Shown piece by piece: positions 1 through 10,859 of a stretch of DNA of 64,000 nucleotides; the first letter of the stretch is position 1, and each line of letters begins with the position of its first letter. Position numbers and translations under genes: made by a program. Under the pieces are notes generated by a model. The model did not search any database, was not told the DNA's origin, and was given only the letters and a program-made list of their open reading frames with translations. The DNA comes from Owenia fusiformis (Eukaryota), in contig CAIIXF020000001.1 in the NCBI GenBank assembly GCA_903813345.2, positions 35,030,001 to 35,094,000 of the forward strand. The letters run 5' to 3'.

Positions 1-1
1 A

Positions 2-514
2 ATCATATGCTCGTATTACAGAGTCATCCATATTTGGAAAGAGAAACTTGTTCTTTGGTTTGATTCCAACTTTCTTGCGTACATCGGGGTCGGCAATAAA
101 CTCCAAAGTCTTAACTGTATCTTGGGGAATTAGGACAGGAACTGGTTTAGCTTTTTCCCCTCTTGTTTCCATCATATCTTGAGATTTCAGAAGAAACTTT
201 TCAGTTTCACTCAGGTCTCCCATCAATCCTTGATCTACACCTTTTAGTTTTAATCCTGTCCGCTTATTGTAATTTTCAAGCAAGATTGCTTCAAGTTCTC
301 CAGATCGCCTTTTGTTGTAGGTTAACAGCCGAGACTGAACTAATACAGCAATATCTCTGAATTCTCTCCAAGTTACAGCATTCTTGGAAAGTTCAACATC
401 ATTTAGCTTGCTGACTAGAAATTTCTCAACATCAGCTGGTTGATGGAGGTTCCTGGTGGTGTTGAGTCTTCGTTCATTCATGAGTTTCCTTGCCCTCCGT
501 GTAATGGTATCTGG
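2..514 (-). CDS. Tyrosine-recombinase-like (DNA breaking-rejoining) transposon ORF fragment, open to the left window edge
   Basis: My translation (absent from the ORF track): PDTITRRARKLMNERR...QSRLLTYNKRRSGELEAI...LSETEKFLL...MMETRGEKAKPVPVLIP...RKKVGIKPKNKFLFPN...IRAYD. The (F/Y)N(K/R)RRxGE, RGx..(R/K)xVPVL and N.(Y/F)LF motifs resemble the YR-like domain of animal Crypton-like transposon proteins. In-frame TGA at 515-517. Confidence 0.6.
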
Positions 515-539
515 TCAACTTGAGTAAAATATGTAACCA

Positions 540-974
540 GCGTCTCATTTAAATATGTAGCGTACAATGAGAAATTGACATGATTTGCAAAATGTCCCTG
601 AACTGACACGGCCTTATGTCCATAAAGTTAATAGTCCTGATGCAAACCCCAGTGCGAATAGGGTATGGGAAAGTCTCCAGTAGATGGTATAAAGGCACCC
701 AATGTCAAAACTTAAGCTGGCAATTAATTAAGACAGGTTGAAAGAAACTTAGCCAAGCTCTCATTGATACTGCTATATCAGCAAGGCGACTAAGATTAAA
801 AGCTATCATTAAAGAGGGTGGCGGACCAATTGAACTCCTCTTTTAGATCAAATATAATGCAAGTTGAAGGACCTGTCACATTATATTATTACTTAGAAAC
901 CTTGGCACTATATAACTGCAACATTTGGTGAGTAGGGTGGAAATGAAAAAGTGACGTTTTTTTGGCCCACCATG
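540..974 (+). mobile_element. Tc1/mariner-superfamily 3' remnant (decayed transposase C-terminus plus right TIR)
   Basis: Decayed SPDANP..VWESLQ..RLRLKAIIKEGGGPIELLF; ends ttttggcccaccatg|ta, similar to the TIR ending at 36447. A related copy lies at about 22075-22880. Confidence 0.6.
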
Positions 975-1109
975 TATATTGCAGAATGTTTTCAAAAATA
1001 TTTTATAAAATACATGTATTGGAAAACTTAAATTATATACTTGAACATAATTCGAACGAATTAAACTCCTAATATCTACTGTCCATTGGTTATGTCACAA
1101 ATTATATCA

Positions 1110-1484
1110 CCCTATGAAATTTTTTCAGATGTCTTTTATAGTTTGATTGATCTTTGAATTCAGTTTGACAATTTTCACATACAATCATTTTTCTGGTCCC
1201 GTGTTTAGATGCTACATATTTTTCAAGTATTCCCTGCTTTTAAAAGTCTTTGGTTCACAATCCAAACCTTCCGTTTGGCAAACTTCGCAGAAATACTCCG
1301 TATCTTTGCAGTGCAAACGTGCATGTCGTTTGAGCTTATCCTTACGAGCAAAGTTTTTGTCGCATGTTGTACATTTATGTTCATAATCTTTCTGCGGGAT
1401 ATGCTTTGCATGTATATGCCTAGACAGATGTTCCTTTCTGGTGTATTTTGTTTCACATCTGTCGCAGGTATATGTATGATAATC
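1110..1484 (-). pseudogene. C2H2 zinc-finger array (4 fingers), frameshifted exon
   Basis: After acceptor tttag: YTCDRCETKYTRKEHLSRHIHAKH, CTTCDKNFARKDKLKRHARLH, CEVC..., then a 1-nt frameshift near 1220 and CENCQTEFKDQSNYKRHLKKFH. Confidence 0.75.
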
Positions 1485-2865
1485 CTAAATAAATCTAACT
1501 ACGAATACAACTTGTTATCAATTCCTAACCCATTTTAATTGAGGAGAAAATGGGAAAATTTGGATATAAAGTGGAGTAACATCTCTCATCATGTCGTATA
1601 GACATTTTGCTCCCCCCCCCTCCGTCCCCTCCCCCCTCCGTCCCATTTTAATTATTTTCGATTTATACAACGTATGGAAACATATTTTGTAAAGTCATTA
1701 AGGTCATTAATTTTATGATGATAATGTCACTTACAAATATTTATTGCAGGTTGTGTAGACCGTTGATGCTTGATTTAAAGCAAAAACATTGACTTTTGCA
1801 CGTTGGTGGCAGCTTTGTTAATTTTTCTACCAGAAATTGCTTGCTCCCCCCCTCCATCCCATTTTCACAATCACCGGGCGTGGTCATGTGGGATCAAATA
1901 ACTCTTTATAATTAAATAAGAATGATTTAGAATGATTTTGATTCATTTTATATTGACTTTATATAGAATTGGAATTATACTATGTCTTTAAGAAATGAAT
2001 TCAATTTAGCCTGTTGTGTATAATGCTGTTATAATAACTTTGACTAAGAAACCTGATTAACAAATCTTGTATGCTCTGATAAGTATTTAATTAGGGTGTT
2101 GAAGTGAACAAAATATAGAGGTATCACATTAATTCCAATATACAGTATGGGGAAATTGGTGAGCGCATATAGCGCATTTGTGTTTTAAACAATTTTATTT
2201 CCAATTTCATTGAGTAGGGAATTTGAAATATATTTTGATTTAATAAATCAAAGAATTGCAAATACAAGTTACAAAATTATCAAATATTGATAATTTTCAA
2301 ACGCAACATTGTTAGACAACTACGTATGAATTCTATGGACGGTAACGTATTGTATTAGTTGTACATTAGATGTAAGAATTTCATTTTTTATGGAACAAGG
2401 CTTCACATTATATGTTTAAATAATCAGTTAGCCAAATATACCTAACTTCAATACTTTGGGTATTTAAAAAACTTAAAATGTTAGTTTCTTAGGACTAAAA
2501 AGAAGAAAACGTTAGCTCTTAAATAGCTCAAAGAAACAAGGAGATACTCTAGGATTTTACCTTGGGACTAAAACCCGGGATAATCCGGTGAGTAGACACT
2601 ATATTATTTAGAAATGGAGACTGAACCAACCACAGCAATATCATTCACAGTAGATTAAGTAATTCTGTTTTGATAAATACAAATATTCTTAAAATTGATA
2701 CCTCAGAAGTAGTTAACAACACTGATTTAGAGGTATTTTGTTTATTGTCATTAACTTTCAAGTGTCAGGTTGATAAATAAGAAACTGAACTAAATATGTA
2801 GCATGAAAAAAATTATTGACAATTTTTTTAAATTACTTGACTACTTATGACAGGTTTTGATGGCT

Positions 2866-3212
2866 TACCAAATCTGACGATTTAGCATCAATCAGCTGTT
2901 TTATTGTGGCTGGTATGTTACTAGGTAGCGAATCTGTGGTGCTAAGATTGAAGTCCAAATGCGTTTGGGTGATTTTGAGGATTTTCATGTCTCCTAGTGG
3001 TGAACCATACTTATTGGGGGTTACGACTATGTTGTCTAATTGAACAGGAGTTTTATTGAGCTGACAGTGTTGCAGTTCTTCTAGTATATCAGTAGTAAAT
3101 CCATATGTATCTTGGGTTTCATCCCGTTTTATTTGCATTTTCCCTCTGAAGTATGTATGGTTATTTGAGCTTTTTTCATCGGTGATAAGTTTATAATATA
3201 CCCTGTCACTTT
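2866..3212 (-). pseudogene. RPA-like OB-fold pseudo-exon
   Basis: Acceptor tttcag near 3213 and donor gtaagc near 2866. Reads KVTGYIINLSPMKK..YF..MQIKRDETQDTYGF..LQHCQLNKTPVQLDNI with frameshifts, resembling OB-fold ssDNA-binding domains carried by invertebrate TEs. Confidence 0.45.
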
Positions 3213-3644
3213 CTGAAATAGAAAAATAAATTGATATAGAGATATCAAATTAATAAATGGTTTTAAAACATTAAAAATGATAACAGTATTTGTTCCTGTA
3301 AAACAATATATGCTTTGCTACTTTCAAACAGGTAGGAATCAAGCACAATTCTCACTCTCATATATTAACAACTATATTCTACAGCATGCCTTTTTAAGGT
3401 CAGTGTGCTGTTCTCGTAGGTGATCTGTATTCATTCAGAGTTCATTGTTTTCAACTAAACATCAGAGTATTTAACAGATTTTGTTAAAGAAAGATGAATA
3501 TATATGTTGACAAAATATTGTAAAATTATACTTTTCAGGGTTCAGAATTATACTATGATAAAATAATAATTAGATTAATAACTAGACCTGGGAAATTGAA
3601 CAAGTTCAATTTCAGACTCCAGATTCTTCTGGGGTTTTTAAAAA

Positions 3645-3812
3645 GACAGATGGACAGACGGATGGAAGGACGGACTGGCTGGACTTGGACTGGACCTTGA
3701 CTGGATTTGAACCTTGACTGGATTGAACCTGGGCTGGTCTTGGACTGGACTTAGACTATACTTGGACCTGTACTGGCCTTGGAACTGGAGTGGAATTGAC
3801 CTGAACCTGGAC
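3645..3812. repeat. Degenerate (GGAC)n/(GGACT)n microsatellite inside HINE
   Basis: ggacggactggctggacttggactggacc... Confidence 0.8.
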
Positions 3813-5337
3813 TTTATTTTGACCTACTTTTCGGACACACCATAACTTCCGAACCGGAAGTCGGATTGACATTTGGTTTGCAGATTCGGATTCCTGACAG
3901 AATTCTACCCTTAATTCATAACTCATATGTTCAATTTGGAAAACTTTTTATTTTGACCTACTTTTCGGACACCATATCTCAAAAGTGGGCCAAAATACTT
4001 TCTGACGGCAAAAGGCTAACACTATTAGCCCACTCTTGGCTACATATATACACAATTTCGAAGAATATAATTAAAGTGTAGTGTCAGGATCGCAAAAATA
4101 AGGATAAACTATGAATTTGACCTAGATTTTGACTTAGGGATTTTGGTGTCCAAATTTTGAAGTTAAGTAGCCTTCAAGGTCCCCTTCTTTCATAGGCTTT
4201 CATTATTTTAAGCTGTACTTAGTCTAAATCTCGTATTTTACACTTCAAAAAAATCTTTTTTCCCATTGCCATAACATGGGGCACCAAATTTAGCGATTTT
4301 TCAGCTTTCAAAATGTCATAACTTCCAAACCGGAAGTCAGATCGAAATTTGGTTTGCAGATTCGGATTCCTGAGGAAATTCTATACTTAATTCATAACTC
4401 AAACGTTAAATTTGGAAAATTTCTTATTTTGACCTACTTTTCGGACACCATATCTCAAAAGTGGGGCAAAATACTTTCTGACGGCAAAGGGCTATCACTA
4501 TGAGCACACTCTTGGCTACATGTATACAAAATTTAGAAGAATATAATTAATCTGTAGTGTCAGAATCGCAAAAATAAGGAAAAACTTTGAATTTGACCTA
4601 GATTTTGACCTAGGCATTTTGGTGTCCAAATTTTGAAGCTAGATGGCTTTTTAGGTCCCATTCTTTTAAAGGCTTTCATTACATTTAGCAGAACTCGGTC
4701 TATATTTCGTATTTTTCACTTCAAAAAAATATTTTTTCCCATTGATTTAACATGGGCACCAAATTTAGCGATTTTTGAGCTTTCAAAACGCCATAACTTT
4801 CGAACCGGAAGTCCGATTTGAATTTGGTTTTCAGATTCGGAATCCTGAGAAAATTTCTATAAGACTAATATCATAGACATTTGATTCGGAGAACTTTTTT
4901 TTGGACCTTGTTTTCGGACACTGATATCTCGAAATCGGTTCGAGATATCAAAAATCTAAATCGTATTGCGTTTTTCTACTTTTTTATGAGGAACACAATG
5001 AAAAAAACCCGGATCAAAAATATTGAAGGACGACCGAGATAATGGGAAAAAGTGACAAAGTACTGGATTTGACCTAGTTCTTGACCTTTGACCTAGATAA
5101 AAATTTGACCCCATTTCCCACCAACTAGATACTAGACCTTATTTGACCATATAATAGTCTTGAAAAGATACCTTATAGTTATTGAGAAAACGTGCACAGT
5201 AAAATAAGAATAAGAATAACTAGACTTTGGAAATTGAACAAAGTTCAATTTCAGACTCCAGATCTAGACTTTTTTAAGCCCAGTCATCTAAAATAAGCCG
5301 AGTCATCCAGAATAAGCTGAGTCATCCAGAATAAGAT

Positions 5338-5516
5338 GGTTGGATAAAATAGGAAGGTAGGATAGGATAGAATGGGAAGGAACGATAGGATAGAATAAGA
5401 AAGAAGGATAGGATAGAACAGAATAGGAAGAAAGGATATGATAGGAGAGGATAGGACGGATAGGAAGGAAAGGATACGAAGGAAGGATAGGATCAGATAG
5501 GAAGGATGGATGGATG
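5338..5516. repeat. Purine-rich (GGATA)n/(GGAA)n simple repeat (second tract at about 6352-6465)
   Basis: ggataggatagaatgggaagg...; explains the low-complexity ORF 5284-5526. Confidence 0.85.
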
Positions 5517-7139
5517 AATTTTTCAATATTTTCTTCTCTACTCTTGACTTTCTATCAGGATACCATCAGATCAATTTTCCGAAATTTCAAAAGGCCATAA
5601 CTTCCAAACCGGAAGTCGGATCGAAATATGATTTAAAGATTCGGATTCCTGACAAAATTCTACCCCTAATTCATAACTTTAAATTTGGAAACTTTTTATT
5701 TTGACCTACTTTTCGGACACCATATCTCAAAAGTGGGTCAAAATACTTTCTGACGGCAAAAAGCTAACACTATTAGCACACTCTTGGCTACATGTATACA
5801 CAATTTCGAAGAATATAATTGAATTGTAGTGTCAGAATCTCAAAAATAAGGAAAACCTTTTAATTTGACCTAGATTTTGACCTAGGAATTTTTGTGTCCA
5901 AATTCTGAAGCTAGATGGCTTTTGAGGTCCCGTTATTATGAAGTCGTTCATTAAATTAAGCTGAACTCAGTCTATATTTCGTATTTCTCACTTCAAAAAA
6001 TTCTTTTTTCCCATTGACTTAACATGGGCACCAAATTTAGCGATTTTTGAGCTTTTAAAACGCCATAACTTCCGAACCGGAAGTCGGATCGAAATTTGGT
6101 TTGCAGATTCGGATTCCTGAAAACATTCTACTCCTAATTGACAACTCATACCTTGAATTTGGAGACATTTTTATTTTGACATACTTTCTGGACACCATAT
6201 TTCAAAATCGGTAAGAGTAATCAAAAAACGGATGGCACACTTATGAAAGGGCTGTTTCTAAGCTACATGATGAAAAAAAGATGAAGATGTTTCGATAAAT
6301 AACGACGAAGATAATTGACAGAAGGTTGAAAATGTAAGATTTGACCCAGTTCTAGGATAGGATAGGATATAGAATAGGAAGGAAGGATAGGATAGGAAGG
6401 AAAGGATAGGAAGGAAGGATAGATAGGAAGGATATGATCAGACAGGATAGAAAGGAAGGATGGATGATTTTTTCTATATTTTCTTCGCTTCTCTTGACTT
6501 TCTATAAGGATATCATCAGAACGATTTTTCTCGAAATTTCAAAACGCCATAACTTTCGAACCGGAAGTCGGATCAAAATTTGGTTTGCAGATTCGGATTC
6601 CTGAGTAAATTCTACCTTTAATCCATAACTCAGATGTTAAATTTGGAGAACTCGTTATTTTGACCTACTTTCTGGACGCCATATTTCAAAATCGGTAAGC
6701 GTAATCAAAAATCTAATGTCATATCTTCGCTTTGGCTTTTTCTAAGCTACGTGATGAAAAAAAGATTTAGGAGTTACGATAAACAACGACGAAGATAAAT
6801 GACAGAATGTTGAAAATGTAAGATTTGACCTAGTTCTTGACCTTTGACCTAGATAAAAATTTGACCCAATTTCCGAGGAACTAGATACTGAACATAAATT
6901 GACTGAATAATGATCTTTATTGGAAACCTTATGGTTATCGAGAAAACTGGGTCGGAATAATAATAATAAGAATACTGGCAAAAACAATAGACTCCAGATT
7001 GACATCTGGAGTCTAATAAGAATAAGAATAATAATAAACAAAAGAGGCAAAAACAATAGACTCCAGATTTTCAATCTGGAGTCTAATAAACAAAAGAGGC
7101 AAAAACAATAGACTCCAGATTTCATCTGGAGTCTAATAA

Positions 7140-7450
7140 CTTAGGTTCATTTACTTCAAAGTAAAATGTTTTATTTTCGACGTTTCACTAATCATCCAAC
7201 TAGCTTTATCAAGATTACATTCAAAATGGAAGTACACAGTTATATTATTTATGACGTAATAATTGAACAATACAATACCCAGGTAACAATAACCAATACT
7301 ATAATAAACAATGACAATAAACTATGACAATTAACTATGACAACAAACTATGACAATAAACTACACATAGAAACACAAATGTTTTATATATAAAACTATG
7401 GCTAGGAAACAATGGAAATATATAAATTTATAGAAGTTTATCAAATACAG
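7140..7450 (-). mobile_element. Penelope-like element terminal fragment with a minimal hammerhead-ribozyme-like motif (7178-7213)
   Basis: Minus strand reads TTGATAA-A-GCTAGTT-GGAT-GATTAGT-GAAAC-GTC followed by AATAAA, the usual layout of PLE pseudo-LTR hammerheads. Confidence 0.5.
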
Positions 7451-7453
7451 GGC

Positions 7454-8070
7454 TTATAGGGCTGAGCTAAACGCCTCAAAAATTTTGCAAGAACTAGATA
7501 ACCCCATGGGAAGCACTTTATCAAAGTAATAATTTCCCTTCCAAAATATGCCGAGGAGGTGATAATCTAGTGGGTTAATGGGAATGATTCTGAATGCTGA
7601 AGCAACATCTGTCTTGCCTATTTCAGAAGCATAGCCACACTTCTGGACTAATTGAATTACGTCATCGATAGTCTGATAAGACACACACGAGTCCTTGGCT
7701 GATATACCATCATTCACAGAAGACCCCTTAGGGTAACTCAAGTCGTGGATAACACGATATTTCCCCGGCTCTTTCTTCTTGATAATACCAAGCGGACTGC
7801 ATGAGAAATTTGGCAATGGTAACGTTTTGTATGGCCCACTAATTCTACCGGCTTTTAATTCAGCAGAGAGATAACTATCGATTTTTTGAGGTGCCAGATT
7901 AGCAGAAGAATGATTCCGGGTAGGTGAAATGATTCATTGAGACAAGAATTAACTCTAAATCCATTTGTAAACCCGTCAGCTAAATACTGACGGGCATTAT
8001 CATCATAACCCTGCAATAAGGCATGCAAGAAGTTAGGGCGAATGGGAGTTGGTATCTTAACAACATGCCT
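7454..8070 (-). pseudogene. DIRS/Ngaro-type reverse transcriptase, frameshifted and truncated before the YxDD motif
   Basis: PTPIRP..LLQGYD..LADGFTNGFRV, frameshift near 7920, then ELKAGRISGPY..SPLGIIKKKEPGKYRVIHDLSYP..SVNDGI..KTDVASAFRIIPI..YYFDKVLPMGLSSSCKIFE. Confidence 0.85.
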
Positions 8071-8992
8071 ACTTGTCTCTGGTGTTAGATTGTTTTGACA
8101 ATGGGTTTGAACCGGAAGTTTTGGAAAAAGAAAATTGGCATCTACTGCGCCCGTGTTTGGTCGAGAAACATTTTGCACAGGTATGCAGTTGGTCGCATGC
8201 GCCTGATTTGCTGCATTTTCCCTCGAGGTTGAAGGAAAAACACAGACCGTAGGGGATTCCTTTATAGTTTTTCCGAAAGGAATCATTTGAGGATTTTTCC
8301 TCTCTTTTAGAAAATTTTGTTTGATTAGTGGATTTAGCAAAGTTAGTTTTCAATTCATGCTTATCTCCAGCCTCTTCAATCGCTTTGTCATATAATTCCG
8401 TGACTTTTTTGTCCCAACTAAGCCCTAGTTCCTTTTTTAAATGCCGAAAATTTGCATCGTTGATCATGGCAGCTTCAAACCCCTTTGATGCTGCCATTGA
8501 TCGTACGTCTTCAATGTATTTTAGAAGGGATCCACAACTGTCAGGATGAAGTTGGGTGTATACAGACATGAAAATGTGAAAAGCTGTGATCCATTGATCA
8601 ACAGTTTTTATTTCCTTCTTGGGCTTAGATGGATTGACCGAAATTGTTGAAGAGGCGTCGGCTTTAAAGGTGTAGTTCAGTGACCCCTCCACGGTGGTAT
8701 TCTTTGAAAGTAAATGTGCCAATTCAAAGTAAGTGTCAGATAGAATATACCTGATGAATTTTTTGTCAATACCAACGTGAACAGGAATACCTGTTGTTAA
8801 TTCAATGGAACATTTTGGTTTAGGTAGGTCGCTTGACGTGGACTCACCATTTCCCCGATCCATTAACAACTTGATGGTGTGTTCTAAAGTCTTGGTGACA
8901 TCGCTTTTCCCATTATCGTGAAATGACACTTCGTCGTCTGAATCGTCTGCGTCGACAGCGAGTCTGTGGACCTCACATTCTTGGGCGGCCAT
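8069..8992 (-). CDS. Gag-like ORF1 of the DIRS/Ngaro-type retrotransposon
   Basis: QWITAFHIFMSVY..HP..LLKYIEDVR..G..DANFR..W motif and C-terminal CFSFN..GKC..C..HTCAKC..H..C zinc-binding region; directly abuts/overlaps the RT frame. Confidence 0.75.
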   Translation of the reverse strand: MAAQECEVHRLAVDADDSDDEVSFHDNGKSDVTKTLEHTIKLLMDRGNGESTSSDLPKPKCSIELTTGIPVHVGIDKKFIRYILSDTYFELAHLLSKNTTVEGSLNYTFKADASSTISVNPSKPKKEIKTVDQWITAFHIFMSVYTQLHPDSCGSLLKYIEDVRSMAASKGFEAAMINDANFRHLKKELGLSWDKKVTELYDKAIEEAGDKHELKTNFAKSTNQTKFSKREEKSSNDSFRKNYKGIPYGLCFSFNLEGKCSKSGACDQLHTCAKCFSTKHGRSRCQFSFSKTSGSNPLSKQSNTRDK

Positions 8993-10859
8993 CCCTTGAA
9001 GCTGATCGTTTGCCTCATCATCGTTTTGAGAGTTATTCTCCTGAGACTGATCATCTTATCTGTCTCCCTTAGTTTGTTCACAACCAATCAAGCGATGCAG
9101 TCCTTGTCGTTTCAGACACCGCATTGCACATATAGCTTGCCATGGATTTCTTCTGAAATTTTTTCTTCAGGATTTTATTCAAAAATGTTCCCCCCACGGA
9201 TACCACGGAAGTTAATTGAAAACTCGTTTGTATTTAGGCTCAAATTGTCACATGATTTTTCCAACCAATACACCAAAGAATTACCGAAAATAAGTACTAC
9301 CTTTTTTGGCTTAACAGACATGATTGATTGGCAATAAGCAATTTGACAGCAGTTATATTAAAACAGGTAAAATGATAGTCTTACCGTTAAGTGTTTGTTA
9401 TCTCCGTGTATATTGATCCAATATATGAATTTTACGATACAACACAATCCGTCCACTTGTATAAGAAGTCTCTGAATCTAAATGTCGCCGATTCGTGATA
9501 AATTGTCCAACTATGATGTGCTGCTTCTCATACGAATTTATTCGTTTAAAGTTTATATCTAAACACACTTCCAATTTTATTAAAACGAGTCCAGTGTCTG
9601 TAGGGGTTTATGCGTTGTGTTCCCAATTTAATGTTCTAGGTATCCAAATAATACAGACATCCGAGAAAGTTGTAAGTAATACTTAAAACTCGGCAACCGA
9701 ATACATTTTACGTAAAGTTGTAAATAATCCAGTTGCAAGAAATCTACAAAACTCCACAACCGAAAGAAGTTGTAAATAGTCTTGAAATAAGTTTCAATCA
9801 CCAACTAATAAGTTGTAAGTAAAACAACTGAAAAGTTGTAAGTAAGCTTGAGAATAATTTTGATAGCTGACGGATCAGCTATAGCTAGTCAATTAAAATC
9901 CAAGTAGATGCTGGCCTAGCCCATACCCCATACTTTGAAACATAATCCATACTGGTACACCATTGGTTAGATGGCCAATGAGTAGCCTATGACTGACAGG
10001 TCGATTTTGAAACTACATTCTCACTACATAAAACACTTAATTACATTGTTCATTTCAATAAGTTCTTTCATTTTTATTAATAGTTTCAAGGATGCAGGAA
10101 ATCATCTGAAAGTGACTTTAATGTTTCCTTTTTTCCAATGTACCATCAAATACACACTATGTTTCTTTGATAATGTATCAAGACTACCAACAGGTTCAAC
10201 CTTGGCTTTCACATTTTTGACTTTATATACTAATGTATTCTCAGGTTTTGACTTCAGATTACTCTGTACAAAAGTTTTTTAATTTATCTGAATTTTTCTC
10301 AGCCAATCGCTACTAAAAGGGGTGGCAAGTATGAGTATTTAAGCTCAGATTCAGTTAGAAATGGAGTCATTAGTAAACCATTAAATTTGAAAATAACTGA
10401 AACTGCTTGCTCTGACAATAAATTAGACTTTTCCTATAGAATTTATGATCAGATTGCTACATAATTTGTCTCATTTGTGTATGAATATACAATCTTCAAG
10501 TAAATGTATTTATTTCTTTATTTTGAAAACACGTTAAATCTTCATTTTTTAAACTGCTAATGGTAGGAGTTGACAATTCAAAGTACAGCCAATCAGCATT
10601 GCAGAAATTAGTCACATGATACATATAAACAAAGGGACATGGCTGAGTGTAAATAGAGAACAATGTTTTCTACTTACCAAACATGTGTAGTATTCATCAA
10701 TTCAATAACTTAATCCAAGAATGCCAATGAGTATATATTCCTTTGATTTTAATTGATATTGTTTTCTTTTTTCATATAAGGTCATTTACTTGAGTTAATT
10801 GATAATCCTTGAATGTGTTTCGTGTTTTGTTTTATACATTATGTTGGTGCTAATAATTA

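Larger units (their letters stand above)
3580..7137 (-). mobile_element. Nested non-autonomous Helentron (HINE/DINE-1-like) elements, family A
   Basis: 3' ends (minus strand: subTIR ctggagtct + hairpin gaaattgaac..gttcaatttc + ctagt) at about 3580-3625 and 5219-5262. 5' palindromes tagactccagat..atctggagtcta at about 6988, 7057 and 7109, next to AAT-rich microsatellite. Internal ~480-bp repeats. Confidence 0.8.

Noticed and set aside
5284..5526. Hydrophobic 80-aa ORF
   Set aside because: Translation of a (GGATA)n simple repeat.
9660..9850. CRISPR-like repeat-spacer appearance (also 6988-7134 and 20170-20245)
   Set aside because: Eukaryotic context, short or degenerate repeats, irregular spacing and no cas genes; better explained by TE termini and minisatellites.
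10040..10280. Minus-strand coding-like stretch (KTFVQSNLKSKPENTLVYKVKNV..)
   Set aside because: Short, contains a stop, and no family recognised.
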